From NCBI GenBank assembly GCA_938008885.1, contig CALLIV010000116.1:1366-65365 (forward strand): 64,000 bases of DNA, read 5' to 3'. The position numbers and the translations under genes were made by a program. The notes below the pieces were generated by a model. The model was not told the origin of the DNA. It searched no databases and worked only from the letters and a program-made list of their open reading frames with translations. This stretch comes from an uncultured Rhodospirillales bacterium. Lineage in GTDB: Bacteria > Pseudomonadota > Alphaproteobacteria > Acetobacterales > Acetobacteraceae. This document shows positions 1 to 9,707 of this stretch, one piece after another (within the stretch, counting starts at the first letter, position 1; the number at the start of each line of letters is the position of its first letter).

Positions 1-1
1 C

Positions 2-1282
2 AAGCGGTTCTACATGATCTGCGTGGCCCTGTTCACCGCGGCGTCCGTGATGTGCGCCCTGTCCACCTCCCTCGGGATGATGCTAATCGCGCGGGTGATC
101 CAGGGGATCGGCGGCGGCGGGATGGCGCCCACCGAACAGTCGATGTTCGCCGACACGTTCCCGGCGGAGAAGCGCGCCCAGGCCTTCGCGCTCTATGGCC
201 TGACCGTGGTCAGCGCCCCGGCGATCGGGCCGGTGCTGGGCGGGTGGCTGACCGACCACGCGTCCTGGCATTGGGTGTTCCTGATCAACCTGCCGGTCGG
301 GCTGCTGTCGCTGTTCCTGGTGCAATGGCTCGTCGTCGAGCCCAAGGCGCTGCAGGAGGACCGGCGGAAGCTGCTGGCGGGCGGGCTGAAGATCGACGTC
401 GTCGGCGTGATCCTGGTCGTGCTTGGCTTCGGCGCGCTGCAGATCATGCTGGACCGGTATGAACAGGACGATGGCTTCTCCTCCGACTTCATCACCGTCC
501 TCGGCCTGACCGCGGCGGCGTGCCTCATCGGGCTCGTGATCTGGGAGCTGCTGCAGGATCATCCGGCCGTGAACGTGAAGCTGCTGCGGGTGCCGGCCTT
601 CGCGATCTCCTGCACGATGATGTTCGCCGTCGGCTTCATCCTGATCAGCACGACCCAGTTGCTGCCGCAGCTCGCCCAGAGCCTGCTGGGCTACGACGCC
701 ACCACGGCGGGCGAGACGCTGGGGCTGGGCGGCGTCGCCTCGCTCGTGCTCATGCCGGTGGCGGGGATCGTGACGGGACGGCTGATCCAGCCGAAATGGC
801 TGATCCTCATGGCCATCCTGGGCACCGGCTGGTCGATGATGAGCGCCGCGTATCTCAACCTCGACATGTCGTTCTGGAACATCTCGTTCACGCGGATCAC
901 GCAGGTGATCTGGCTGCCGTTCCTGTTCATTCCGCTCAGCGCGGTCTCCTATGTCGGCGTGCCGCCGGACCGCAGCAACGACGCCTCGGCGCTGATCAAC
1001 CTGATGCGCAATCTCGGCGGCAGCGTCGGCGTATCGTTCACCACGACGATGCTGGCGGAACGCACCCAGTTCCACCATGCGCGGCTGGCGGAACACATCA
1101 CCGCGTACAATGGCTACGACTGGTCCACGCCGCTTGCGCCGATCAATCGGATCATCGAGGCGCAAGCGTCGATCATGAGCTACCTGGACATCTTCTGGGC
1201 GCTGGGCATCGTGGCTTTCCTGATCTGGCCGCTCGTGCTGCTCTTGCCGCGCGTGCCGAAGGGAACGGCAGCGGCGCATTGA
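2..1282 (+). CDS. DHA2 (EmrB/QacA-type) MFS efflux permease, 5'-truncated by the window edge
   Basis: Frame is open from base 2 (KRFYMIC...). MFS motifs RVIQGIGGG and APAIGPVLGGWL; multiple hydrophobic helices; NLMRNLGGSVG. Confidence 0.9.
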   Translation, partial: KRFYMICVALFTAASVMCALSTSLGMMLIARVIQGIGGGGMAPTEQSMFADTFPAEKRAQAFALYGLTVVSAPAIGPVLGGWLTDHASWHWVFLINLPVGLLSLFLVQWLVVEPKALQEDRRKLLAGGLKIDVVGVILVVLGFGALQIMLDRYEQDDGFSSDFITVLGLTAAACLIGLVIWELLQDHPAVNVKLLRVPAFAISCTMMFAVGFILISTTQLLPQLAQSLLGYDATTAGETLGLGGVASLVLMPVAGIVTGRLIQPKWLILMAILGTGWSMMSAAYLNLDMSFWNISFTRITQVIWLPFLFIPLSAVSYVGVPPDRSNDASALINLMRNLGGSVGVSFTTTMLAERTQFHHARLAEHITAYNGYDWSTPLAPINRIIEAQASIMSYLDIFWALGIVAFLIWPLVLLLPRVPKGTAAAH

Positions 1283-1313
1283 CGATGAGCTTCTCTTCCA
1301 ACGGCGGGATTCG

Positions 1314-2861
1314 ATGTTCGGCATGACTTTCCTCAAGCGCGGGACGGCGTTGGCGTCCGCCTCGCTTCTCGCGGCACTCCTGCCGCTGGGCGGCTGCACG
1401 GTCGGTCCCGATTTCTCGCCGCCCGCCTGGATCTCGCCGGCCTCGTGGTTCGGCGGCAAGCAGGAGCCGCCGCCCCAGCCGAAGCTCAGCTACGCGGTGG
1501 CCGAACCGATCAACCCCGACTGGTGGCGGCTGTTCGAGGACGGGCACCTGACGGAACTGGAGGAACGCGTCGCGGCGGAGAACCTGGACGTGCGGATCGC
1601 CGCCATCCGCTTCGCCGAATCCCGCGCCCAGCTCGCCAGCATCCGCTCCTCGGAATTCCCGAGCCTGAATGCCAACGCGTCGTATGAGCGGCAGAAGCCC
1701 AGCAACAACGGCGTGTTCGCCGCGGCCCCGAACGCGGTGGGCGCGAACGGCGCGTTCGGCAACACGACGGGCGGCGTCTCGGGACGCAACATCTCGGCCT
1801 TCGACGTCTACCAGGCGGGGTTCGACGCGTCGTGGGAAGTCGACCTGTGGGGGCGCGTGCGCCGATCCGTCGAATCGGCGACCGCGAGCGAGCAGGCGGC
1901 GGAGGAGGCGCAGCGCGCCACCCTCTTGAGCAACCTCGCCGAGGTCGCGCGTGACTACATCCAGCTGCGCGGCACGCAGGAGCAGTTGCGGATCGCGCGC
2001 GAGAACCTGCGGACGGCGCGGCAGAGCCTGCGCCTGACGCAGCAGCGCGCCGCCGGGGGCGTCACGACGGACCTCGACGTGGCGAACGCCTCCGCCCAGC
2101 TTCGCACCACGGCCGCGCAGATCCCGGCGCTGGAACAGCGGGAGGCGGCGCTGATCAACGCGCTGAGCCTGCTGCTGGGGCAGCCGCCCAACGCGCTGCG
2201 GGCCAAGTTGCAGACGCCGCTGCCGGTGCCGCCGGTGCCGCCGACCGTGCCGGTCGGGCTGCCCTCGGAACTCGCGCGCCGGCGTCCCGACATCCGCCAG
2301 GCGGAAGCGCAACTGCATGCGGCGACCGCGGATATCGGCGTCGCCGTCGCGGATTTCTATCCGTCGCTCACGCTGAACGGCAGCGTCGGGCTGCAGGCGC
2401 TGCAATTCTCGCACGCGTTCGACCTGAACTCCCGCAACTACGCGCTGGGACCGGGCCTGACCGTCCCGCTGTTCCGCGGCGGCCAGCTGCGCGCGCAACT
2501 GCAGTTGCGGGAGGCGCAGCAGCAGGAAGCCGCGATCAACTACCAGAAGACGGTGCTGCAGGCCTGGCACGAGGTGGACAACGCGCTGACCGCCTATCGC
2601 ACCGAACAGGAGCGGCGGGTGCAGCTGCAGCAGGCGGTCGCCGAGAACCAGCGTGCGGTGTCGCTGGCACAGAGCCGCTACCAGCAGGGGGTTGCCGACT
2701 TCCTGACCGTGCTGGACGCCGAACGGAGCCTGCTGTCCTCGCAGCAGGCGCTCGCCGACAGCACGACCAACGTCTCGGCGAACCTGGTCGCCCTGTACAA
2801 GGCCCTGGGCGGCGGCTGGGAAACGAACATGCCGCTTCGCCAGCAGACCGCTCGGAAATAG
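1314..2861 (+). CDS. Efflux outer-membrane factor lipoprotein (NodT/TolC family)
   Basis: Lipobox LPLGGC followed by TVGPDF; SWEVDLWGRVRR, ELARRRPDIRQAE and ALYKALGGGW motifs. Confidence 0.92.
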   Translation: MFGMTFLKRGTALASASLLAALLPLGGCTVGPDFSPPAWISPASWFGGKQEPPPQPKLSYAVAEPINPDWWRLFEDGHLTELEERVAAENLDVRIAAIRFAESRAQLASIRSSEFPSLNANASYERQKPSNNGVFAAAPNAVGANGAFGNTTGGVSGRNISAFDVYQAGFDASWEVDLWGRVRRSVESATASEQAAEEAQRATLLSNLAEVARDYIQLRGTQEQLRIARENLRTARQSLRLTQQRAAGGVTTDLDVANASAQLRTTAAQIPALEQREAALINALSLLLGQPPNALRAKLQTPLPVPPVPPTVPVGLPSELARRRPDIRQAEAQLHAATADIGVAVADFYPSLTLNGSVGLQALQFSHAFDLNSRNYALGPGLTVPLFRGGQLRAQLQLREAQQQEAAINYQKTVLQAWHEVDNALTAYRTEQERRVQLQQAVAENQRAVSLAQSRYQQGVADFLTVLDAERSLLSSQQALADSTTNVSANLVALYKALGGGWETNMPLRQQTARK

Positions 2862-2947
2862 GCACGGCGGCGTCGCACCACGGGACCGATGGGCCGGCCG
2901 GTCGGTCGTTAACGCGATGGTAGGCGTGCGGCCTCATCCTTTGCCGC

Positions 2948-4246
2948 ATGCGGACAAGACGGACGCAGGCATGGCGGGCGGCGGTCGCGGGCGCGACGAT
3001 GGCGTTCAGCGTCTTCGCGGCGGCGCGGGCGGGGGCACAGGCGATCGCGACGCTGTTCCCCGAGGGTGTGCCGGGGTTCGACGTGAGTCCCGGCGTCACG
3101 GTCCGGTCCCGCCTGCGCCCTGGGCTCGAGCCGCCCGGGCTGCGGATCGGCAGCCTGATCGTGCGTCCCGCGGTGGAAACCAGCGTCGGCTATGACGGCA
3201 ACCCCTCGGGGACCGTCCCCGCGGAGGGGAGCTGGCTCGTCCGGACGCAGCCCTCGGTGCTGTTCGGCACCGATTGGTCCCGCCACGCGCTGGGCGGCTT
3301 CGTCTCGCTCACCGACACGCGCTATCTCGACACGCCGGCGCAGAGCCGGACCGATGGCAGTGCGCTCCTGGGCGGGGCCGTCGATCTCGGGCGCGACCGC
3401 TGGTCGCTCGCCGTCGCGCATCTCGCCCAGCATCAGGACGCGAGCCAAGTCGGCGCGCTGCCGACCGACCGGCCGGTGTCCTTCACGATCGACACCGCGC
3501 GGACCAGCTACGCCGCCTCGTTCGGCCGCTGGACGCTGACCCCGGCGGCCGAGATCGCCCGATGGCGCTTCGATGCGGCGAGCGTCGCCGGTGCCACGGT
3601 CAGCCAGGCCTATCGCGACCGCCTCGTCTCCCAGGGCGGCGTGACCCTGCGCTACGCGCTCGCGCCCCGGCGGGAGCTGGTCGCGGTCGGGCGAGTGGTG
3701 GGCCAGGGCTATCCCGACACCCCGATCGGCCAACCGTCGCAAGCTTCGCTCGCCACCCAGTTGCTCGTGGGGATCGACTACGAGGCTGACGCGCTCTGGC
3801 GCCTGCGCCTGCTGGTGGGCGGGGAAACGCGACGCTTTGCCGCCTATCGCAGCCACGACGCGCTGATCGCGGAGGCGGAGGTCGCCTGGATGCCCTCCGG
3901 CCTGACCACGATCCGCGGCACGTTGGGGCGCAGCGTGGAGGACGCGGCGCAGGAGGGCGTGTCGGGCTACACCTACACGTCGGGGCGCCTGACGATCGAC
4001 CACGAATACATGCGCGAACTCGTGCTGAGCGCGTCGGCCGGGTTGCAGCACGCCGCCTTCCTGCAGGGCGGGTCGCAGACCGGCTACACGATCGGCCTTG
4101 GTGCGACCTGGATGGTGAACCGGCTGATGCGGGTGTCCGCGACCTACGATCTGCGCGGGTTGAGCGGCGGGCACGCAGGGACGCAGGCGACGGCCGGGCC
4201 GAGCACACACAGCCTCGCCCTGCTCACGGTCCGCTTCGGCCTGTGA
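2948..4246 (+). CDS. Outer-membrane beta-barrel protein, polysaccharide-export associated (BBP2-like)
   Basis: Signal peptide (AGAQA), amphipathic beta pattern, terminal aromatic residue (VRFGL), EPS gene context. Confidence 0.7.
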   Translation: MRTRRTQAWRAAVAGATMAFSVFAAARAGAQAIATLFPEGVPGFDVSPGVTVRSRLRPGLEPPGLRIGSLIVRPAVETSVGYDGNPSGTVPAEGSWLVRTQPSVLFGTDWSRHALGGFVSLTDTRYLDTPAQSRTDGSALLGGAVDLGRDRWSLAVAHLAQHQDASQVGALPTDRPVSFTIDTARTSYAASFGRWTLTPAAEIARWRFDAASVAGATVSQAYRDRLVSQGGVTLRYALAPRRELVAVGRVVGQGYPDTPIGQPSQASLATQLLVGIDYEADALWRLRLLVGGETRRFAAYRSHDALIAEAEVAWMPSGLTTIRGTLGRSVEDAAQEGVSGYTYTSGRLTIDHEYMRELVLSASAGLQHAAFLQGGSQTGYTIGLGATWMVNRLMRVSATYDLRGLSGGHAGTQATAGPSTHSLALLTVRFGL

Positions 4247-4303
4247 TGCCGGTCAGCCCCTCCGCCCGTCGGCACAACCCATGGGGCCGGCGCGAGGAGC
4301 GCG

Positions 4304-4362
4304 CCCCGTGACCGTCGCCCCATGACCGTCCGCCCCATGACCGTCCAACCCGTGACCGTCCC
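4304..4362 (+). repeat. Four tandem 14-15 bp units (ccccRTGACCGTC), each carrying a start codon
   Basis: ccccgtgaccgtcg / ccccatgaccgtccg / ccccatgaccgtcca / acccgtgaccgtccc. Confidence 0.85.
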
Positions 4363-5086
4363 GCTGCTCGGGCTCGACTGCGCGGCGATGGATGCCCCGG
4401 CGGCCGCGGCGTGGCTGGCCGCACGTCCGGCCGATGCCCCGTTCGGATACGTGGTGACGCCGAACGCGGACCATTTCGTGCGGCTGGCGGGCGATCCGGG
4501 TCTCGCTGCGATCTATCGCGGTGCCTTGCTGCGGCTGCTCGACTCGCGCGTGGTCGCGCGCGCCGCGCGGCTCTTGGGACTGGCGGTGCCGCCGGTCGCA
4601 CCCGGCAGCGACCTCACGGAATGCCTGCTGGCCGCGCATGTGCGGCCCGAGGATCCGGTCACCGTGATCGGGCTGACGGACCCGACGGTGCGGCGTGTCG
4701 CGCAGCGTTTCGGCCTGTGCATGCCGGCGCATCATGTGCCCCCGATGGGACTGGCGCAGCGACCGGAGGCGATGCAGGCGGCCGTCGACTTCGTGCTCGC
4801 CCATCCCGCCCGCTTCGTCTTCCTGGCGGTGGGATCGCCGCAGCAGGAGCAGCTTGCGGCGGCGATCGCCGCGACGGGGCGGGCACGCGGGGTCGGGCTG
4901 TGCATCGGGGCGAGCCTCTCCTTCCTTGCGGGCACCGAACGCCGCGCGCCACGCTGGATGCAGTGGATCGGGGCGGAGTGGGCCTTCCGGCTGCTGCGCG
5001 CGCCGCGCCGCCTCTCCCGCCGATACCTGTGGGACAGCCCGCGCGTGTTCGCGCTGCTGTGGCGAGTTCGGATCACGCGGCGCTGA
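4322..5086 (+). CDS. WecB/TagA/CpsF family glycosyltransferase
   Basis: YVVTPNADH, FLAVGSPQQE, LCIGASLSF and GAEWAFRLLRAPRRL motifs. Confidence 0.9.
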   Translation: MTVRPMTVQPVTVPLLGLDCAAMDAPAAAAWLAARPADAPFGYVVTPNADHFVRLAGDPGLAAIYRGALLRLLDSRVVARAARLLGLAVPPVAPGSDLTECLLAAHVRPEDPVTVIGLTDPTVRRVAQRFGLCMPAHHVPPMGLAQRPEAMQAAVDFVLAHPARFVFLAVGSPQQEQLAAAIAATGRARGVGLCIGASLSFLAGTERRAPRWMQWIGAEWAFRLLRAPRRLSRRYLWDSPRVFALLWRVRITRR

Positions 5087-6158
5087 CCCGCCGGCGCTGC
5101 GCGGCGGGGGGAGCCATGCGATCGGACGGACGCTCCCAGAGGGAGAAGAGGGCGGGCGCCGGGGCTGTCGGTGTGGAGGGCGCGGGCAGGGGGGCCAGGA
5201 GTTCCTGGCGGATCCGCCGGTACCATGCGCCGCGCGGCGCGCGATCCACGGCCTGCAGATAGCTTCGGACATCGTCGGGCAGCCGACGCGCCGGCGCGGG
5301 CAGCGGCATGCGCGCCGCATCGGCGATCGCACGGCGGGTTTCGGGCAGCAGGCCGTTGCGCCAGCCCTTGGCGAGGTAGGCGGCGATCCGGGGCGAGAGG
5401 GACAGCCAGTCGACGCCGATCTTGCGGGCGATGTAGAGCCGATTGCGGACGTGATGGTACCATCGGGCATCCGACCAGCGTACCCGCTGCTCTCCGCTGA
5501 CCTTGTGCGTGACCACGAGGTCGCCGTGGTAGCGGACCGTCCACCCGGCCGCGAGCAGGCGGAGTGAGAGGTCGAACTCTTCCCAGCAGAAGAACAGGGC
5601 CGGGTCGTAGCCGCCGGCCTCGTTCCAGGCGGTGCGCCGGATGACGTGGCCCGCGCCCACGAAGGTCGCGGCATCGAACCGCGCCGCGGCGCGCGGCAGC
5701 AGCGCGGCGGGGTAGCCCCAGGAGGAGAGGTCGTCGGTGTCGCGCCCATGGGCGAGGATGCGGCAGCCCAGCGCCCCGATGCGGGTCTGGGCCGCGAGAT
5801 CCGCGCGGGCGCGTGCCAGCGTGTTGGGGGCTGCGAATTCCGCATCGTTGTCGAGGCCGGCGATCAGGTCTCCATGCCCGAACGCGGCCGCGCGGTTGCG
5901 CCCGGCGGGGACGCCCAGGTTGCGGTCGAGGCCCAGGAAGGTGACGCCGGACCGCCCCTGCACGAAGCGCGCGATCCGCGCCCGTGCCGGCGGGGCGGAG
6001 CCCTGGTCCAGCACCGTCACATGCCGGCTGACACCCTGCTGTGCCAGGGCGGAGGCGATGGCGGCGCAGGTCTCCTCCGCGCGGTCGAGCGCCAGGATCG
6101 TCACGTCCACGTCGTAGCGGCCGTCCGGCGGCCGGGTGGCTCCGGCGAGATGGCGCAT
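5073..6158 (-). CDS. Glycosyltransferase family 2
   Basis: Start reassigned to ATG 6158 (TGATG overlap with the upstream stop). Motifs VTVLDQGS, NLGVPAGRN, LDNDA and FFCWEEFDL. Confidence 0.88.
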   Translation of the reverse strand: MRHLAGATRPPDGRYDVDVTILALDRAEETCAAIASALAQQGVSRHVTVLDQGSAPPARARIARFVQGRSGVTFLGLDRNLGVPAGRNRAAAFGHGDLIAGLDNDAEFAAPNTLARARADLAAQTRIGALGCRILAHGRDTDDLSSWGYPAALLPRAAARFDAATFVGAGHVIRRTAWNEAGGYDPALFFCWEEFDLSLRLLAAGWTVRYHGDLVVTHKVSGEQRVRWSDARWYHHVRNRLYIARKIGVDWLSLSPRIAAYLAKGWRNGLLPETRRAIADAARMPLPAPARRLPDDVRSYLQAVDRAPRGAWYRRIRQELLAPLPAPSTPTAPAPALFSLWERPSDRMAPPAAQRRRVSAA

Positions 6159-7312
6159 CAGAGCACCCCTCCCATCGGGCGGATTCCGAGATAGGCCATC
6201 CGCTTGAGTTCCTTTCGCCCGCGCGAGAGCGCGTCCAGCACGAGCCCGCAGGTCAGCGCCAGGAAGGAGAGCAGCACGAGCCCGGTCGCGAGCAGTGCGG
6301 TCGGCAGGCGCGGCACGAGGCCGGTGCCGACGAATTCCCACACCACCGGCAGACCGAGACCGAGCCCGGCGACCAGCATCGCGAGCGCGGTCAGGCCGAA
6401 GGAGAGCAGCGGCCGCTCGTGCTCGATCAGGTGCAGGATGGTGCGCAGGATGCGCCAGCCGTCGATCAGCGTCCGCAGCTTGGAGCTCGAGCCCGCGCCC
6501 CGGCCGCGATAGGGGGCCGAAACCTCCTGCATCGGCATCCGCAGCTCGAGCGCGTGGACGGTGAACTCGGTCTCGATCTCGAACCCGGCGGACAGGGCGG
6601 GGAAGGATTTCACGAAGCGCCGGCTGAACACGCGGTAGCCCGAGAGCATGTCGCTGACGCCGCAGCCGAAGGCGTGGCGCACGAAGCCGCTGAGCAGGGT
6701 GTTGCCGATGCGATGAAAGCGGCGATAGGCCAGTTCCGCCTCATCCGACACGCGGGCCGCGGAAACCATGTCGAGCTGCTGCTCGTGCATCAGCCGCAGC
6801 ATCGCCGGGGCCGCTGCGGCGTCGTAGGTGTCGTCACCGTCCACCAGCACGAAGGCGTCCGCGTCGATGTCGGCGAACATGCGACGGACCACGTGGCCCT
6901 TGCCCTGCAGCCGCTCGTTGCGGACCAGCGCGCCGGCCGCGCGCGCGGTGAGCACGGTGCGGTCGGTCGAGTTGTTGTCGTAGACGTAGATCGTCGCCTG
7001 GGGCAGCGCGGCCTGGAAATCGGCCACGACCTTGCCGATCGCCGCTTCCTCATTGCAGCAGGGGATCAGCACCGCGACGCGCGGGGCCTGGATGAACCGG
7101 TCCGCGGACGGCAGGGCGGGCGCGGAGCATTGCTGTGCCAGCACGTCCTGGCCCGCACCCTCCCGCGCGAGGGGCTTGGCGGGCGACGGCCGTTCGGGCC
7201 AGCCGCGCGGCCGGACGAACTCTGCCGTCGGGCGCTGGGGGGGCGCCGTCTGTCGCTTGGGGGAGGCGAGCCGGGGCGGGGCGACGTCGTCACAGAGGAT
7301 GGTGTCGGGCAT
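6158..7312 (-). CDS. GT2, DPM1/GtrB-like polyprenol-phosphate glycosyltransferase with C-terminal TM pair
   Basis: VAVLIPCCNEE, VYDNNSTD, LVDGDDTYD, DMLSGYRVFSRRFVKSFP and FEIETE motifs; the true start may be downstream. Confidence 0.88.
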   Translation of the reverse strand: MPDTILCDDVAPPRLASPKRQTAPPQRPTAEFVRPRGWPERPSPAKPLAREGAGQDVLAQQCSAPALPSADRFIQAPRVAVLIPCCNEEAAIGKVVADFQAALPQATIYVYDNNSTDRTVLTARAAGALVRNERLQGKGHVVRRMFADIDADAFVLVDGDDTYDAAAAPAMLRLMHEQQLDMVSAARVSDEAELAYRRFHRIGNTLLSGFVRHAFGCGVSDMLSGYRVFSRRFVKSFPALSAGFEIETEFTVHALELRMPMQEVSAPYRGRGAGSSSKLRTLIDGWRILRTILHLIEHERPLLSFGLTALAMLVAGLGLGLPVVWEFVGTGLVPRLPTALLATGLVLLSFLALTCGLVLDALSRGRKELKRMAYLGIRPMGGVL

Positions 7313-7324
7313 GGCGCACGCTCC

Positions 7325-8062
7325 TCAATAGGCGTTGCGCATGCCGAGAACGCTGACGAGCGTACGGCAGAGGATCAGGACGTCGAGTAGCAGCGACCAG
7401 GTGGCGATGTATTCGAGGTCGCAATCGATGCGGCGGAGGAGCTTCTCCTCCGTGTCGGTCTCGCCGCGCCAGCCGCGCACCTGCGCCAGGCCGGTGATGC
7501 CGGGGCGAACGGCATGACGGGCGGCGTAGTGGGGTGCCACGTCCTCGAACGGGCGGCCGCCGGCGCAGGTGCCGGGCGTATGGGGCCGGGGCCCGACCAT
7601 CGACATCTCGCCGCGGAGCACGTTGACCAGCTGCGGCAGCTCGTCGAGGGAGGTGCAGCGCAACCAGTGGCCGACCCGGGTGATGCGCGGATCGCCGCGC
7701 GTCGCCTGCCGGCAATCGCCCGCGGACGGTACGTGGTCGTACATCGTGCGGAACTTGAGCAGGCCGAAATGCCGCTGCTGCAGGCCGATGCGGCGTTGGC
7801 GGAACAGGGCGGGGCCGGGACTGTCGAGCCGGATCGCGATCGCGACCAGCAGCATGAGCGGGGCGAGCACCGCCAGCATCACGGTGGCAAGGGTGAGGTC
7901 CAACGCCCGCTTCGTCGCAGCTGTGGCCGGGTTGTGCCCCACGCGCCGCATGGCGGGCGGGGAGCGTGCGGCCAGCGACTGGCGATAGGAGATCGGCTCG
8001 AGGAGCAGATCCGACTCTCGGGCGGGAAGGCGCGCGAGGGCGTGGCCGGCATAGTCGAACAT
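7325..8062 (-). CDS. Bacterial sugar (priming phosphoglycosyl) transferase, short form
   Basis: KRALDL, FRQRRIG, LKFRTM, SLDELPQL.NVLRGEMSMVGPRP and RPGITGLAQV motifs; start ATG 8062 or 8095. Confidence 0.92.
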   Translation of the reverse strand: MFDYAGHALARLPARESDLLLEPISYRQSLAARSPPAMRRVGHNPATAATKRALDLTLATVMLAVLAPLMLLVAIAIRLDSPGPALFRQRRIGLQQRHFGLLKFRTMYDHVPSAGDCRQATRGDPRITRVGHWLRCTSLDELPQLVNVLRGEMSMVGPRPHTPGTCAGGRPFEDVAPHYAARHAVRPGITGLAQVRGWRGETDTEEKLLRRIDCDLEYIATWSLLLDVLILCRTLVSVLGMRNAY

Positions 8063-8244
8063 GGTCTTGCCCTTCGTCGGTTTTCCGACGGGCAAGTCAT
8101 GGCGCTGGAGAGGTCAGCGCGCGGTTAACGCCGCATGCGGCGGTAGTGACGCATGAAGATTTTTCTCACGCGCCGCTCAAACGCTCCTCGCGTGCCGCCC
8201 GCTTGCGGTGCCGACGGCCGGGACGCCTGCGCGTCGGGGGCACC

Positions 8245-8700
8245 TCAGCGGAACACCAGCCGGCGGGAGAGGCTGAAATTGACGAACATCCCGGCGACCG
8301 CGCCGGCGGAGGTGGCGATCACCGGCTGGCGCGCGGCGAGCGGGATGAAGGCGACGCACAGCACGTAGGTGCCCCGGTTCAGCACGAACCCCACCAGGTT
8401 GGCGGCGATGAAGCGGGCCCATTGGTGGTGCGCGGGGCCGCTGCCTTGGCCGCGAAAGGTCCAGATCCGGTTGAGCAGCCAGGTGGTGGTGGCGGCCGTG
8501 CCATAGGCGGCGAGGCCGGCGCCGTAGAGGCCGAGGGAACCGCGCAGGGCGTAGACGGTGGCCGTGTCGACCACCAGGCCGGCCAGGCCCACGGTGCCGA
8601 ACTGGGTGAACTGGACCAGGGTTCGCAGCCGGTCCTGGGTGGCGTGCCGCGCGAGCGGGGGCGGCAGGCGGCGGGCGAGGCGGCGCAGCAGGGCGTGCAT
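8245..8700 (-). CDS. GtrA family polyprenol-phosphate sugar translocase
   Basis: QFGTVGLAGLVVD, WLLNRIWTF and NFSLSRRLVFR; four TM segments. Confidence 0.88.
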   Translation of the reverse strand: MHALLRRLARRLPPPLARHATQDRLRTLVQFTQFGTVGLAGLVVDTATVYALRGSLGLYGAGLAAYGTAATTTWLLNRIWTFRGQGSGPAHHQWARFIAANLVGFVLNRGTYVLCVAFIPLAARQPVIATSAGAVAGMFVNFSLSRRLVFR

Positions 8701-8772
8701 CGCGGGCGCTTACCCGTTCGGGGCCGGCCCGGCAATGCCGCGGGCCAACCCCGGACGGGCATGCGCATCACA

Positions 8773-9705
8773 TCAGAGCGCGAGGCGCAGGTAGCCGCCG
8801 ATCTCGCCGATGATGCCGCGGCGGAAGGCGAGCACGCAGACCATGAAGATCACGCCCTGGGTCACGGTCACCCAGGCGCCGAACTGCGCCAGGTAGTTTT
8901 CCATGCTGACCAGCACCGTGGCGCCCATGATCGGACCGAACACCGTTCCCAACCCGCCCAGCAGGGTCATCAGCACGACCTCGCCCGAGGTCGCATAGTG
9001 CACGTCGGTCAGCGTAGCGATGCCGAACACCAGCGCCTTGGTGCCGCCGGCGACGCCCGCGATCAGGCAGGACAGCACGAAGGCGATCAGCTTGTAGTCG
9101 TCGGTGCGATAGCCCAGCGAGATTGCCCGCGGCTCGTTCTCGCGGATGCCCTTCAGCACCTGCCCGAACGGGGAGTGGATGATCCGGTGCACCATCAGGA
9201 AGCCGAGGATGAAGATGATCGCGACGACCCAGTACATCGTCATGTCGTTCGACAGGTCGAAGATGCCGAACAGGTTGCCGCGGGGCACCTGCTGGATGCC
9301 GTCCTCGCCGCCGGTGAACGGCGCCTCGAGGCAGAAGAAGTAGACCATCTGCGCGAGTGCCAAGGTGATCATGGCGAAGTAGATGCCCGAGCGGCGGATC
9401 GCCAGGTAGCCGAGGACGAGGCCGAGGGCCGCGCCGGTGAGGCCGCCGAGGGCGATCGCGACCACCGCGTCGATGTGCCAGTGCTTCATGGTCCAGGCGG
9501 CGATGTAGCTGCCCATGCCGAAGAAGGCGGCGTGGCCGAAGGACAGCAGCCCGACATAGCCGATCATCAGGTTGAACGCGCAGGCGAACAGCGCCATGCA
9601 CAGGATCCGCATCAGGAAGACCGGATACAGCACGTAGGGGCAGATCACGATCAGCGCGATCATCACCAGGAAGGCGATGGACTGGGCGCGGGAGAAACCG
9701 AACAT
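8773..9705 (-). CDS. livM: Branched-chain amino acid ABC permease (LivM)
   Basis: Start reassigned to ATG 9705. GLLSFGHAAFFG, GIYFAMITLA and SPFGQVLKGIRENE motifs. Confidence 0.9.
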   Translation of the reverse strand: MFGFSRAQSIAFLVMIALIVICPYVLYPVFLMRILCMALFACAFNLMIGYVGLLSFGHAAFFGMGSYIAAWTMKHWHIDAVVAIALGGLTGAALGLVLGYLAIRRSGIYFAMITLALAQMVYFFCLEAPFTGGEDGIQQVPRGNLFGIFDLSNDMTMYWVVAIIFILGFLMVHRIIHSPFGQVLKGIRENEPRAISLGYRTDDYKLIAFVLSCLIAGVAGGTKALVFGIATLTDVHYATSGEVVLMTLLGGLGTVFGPIMGATVLVSMENYLAQFGAWVTVTQGVIFMVCVLAFRRGIIGEIGGYLRLAL

Positions 9706-9707
9706 CC

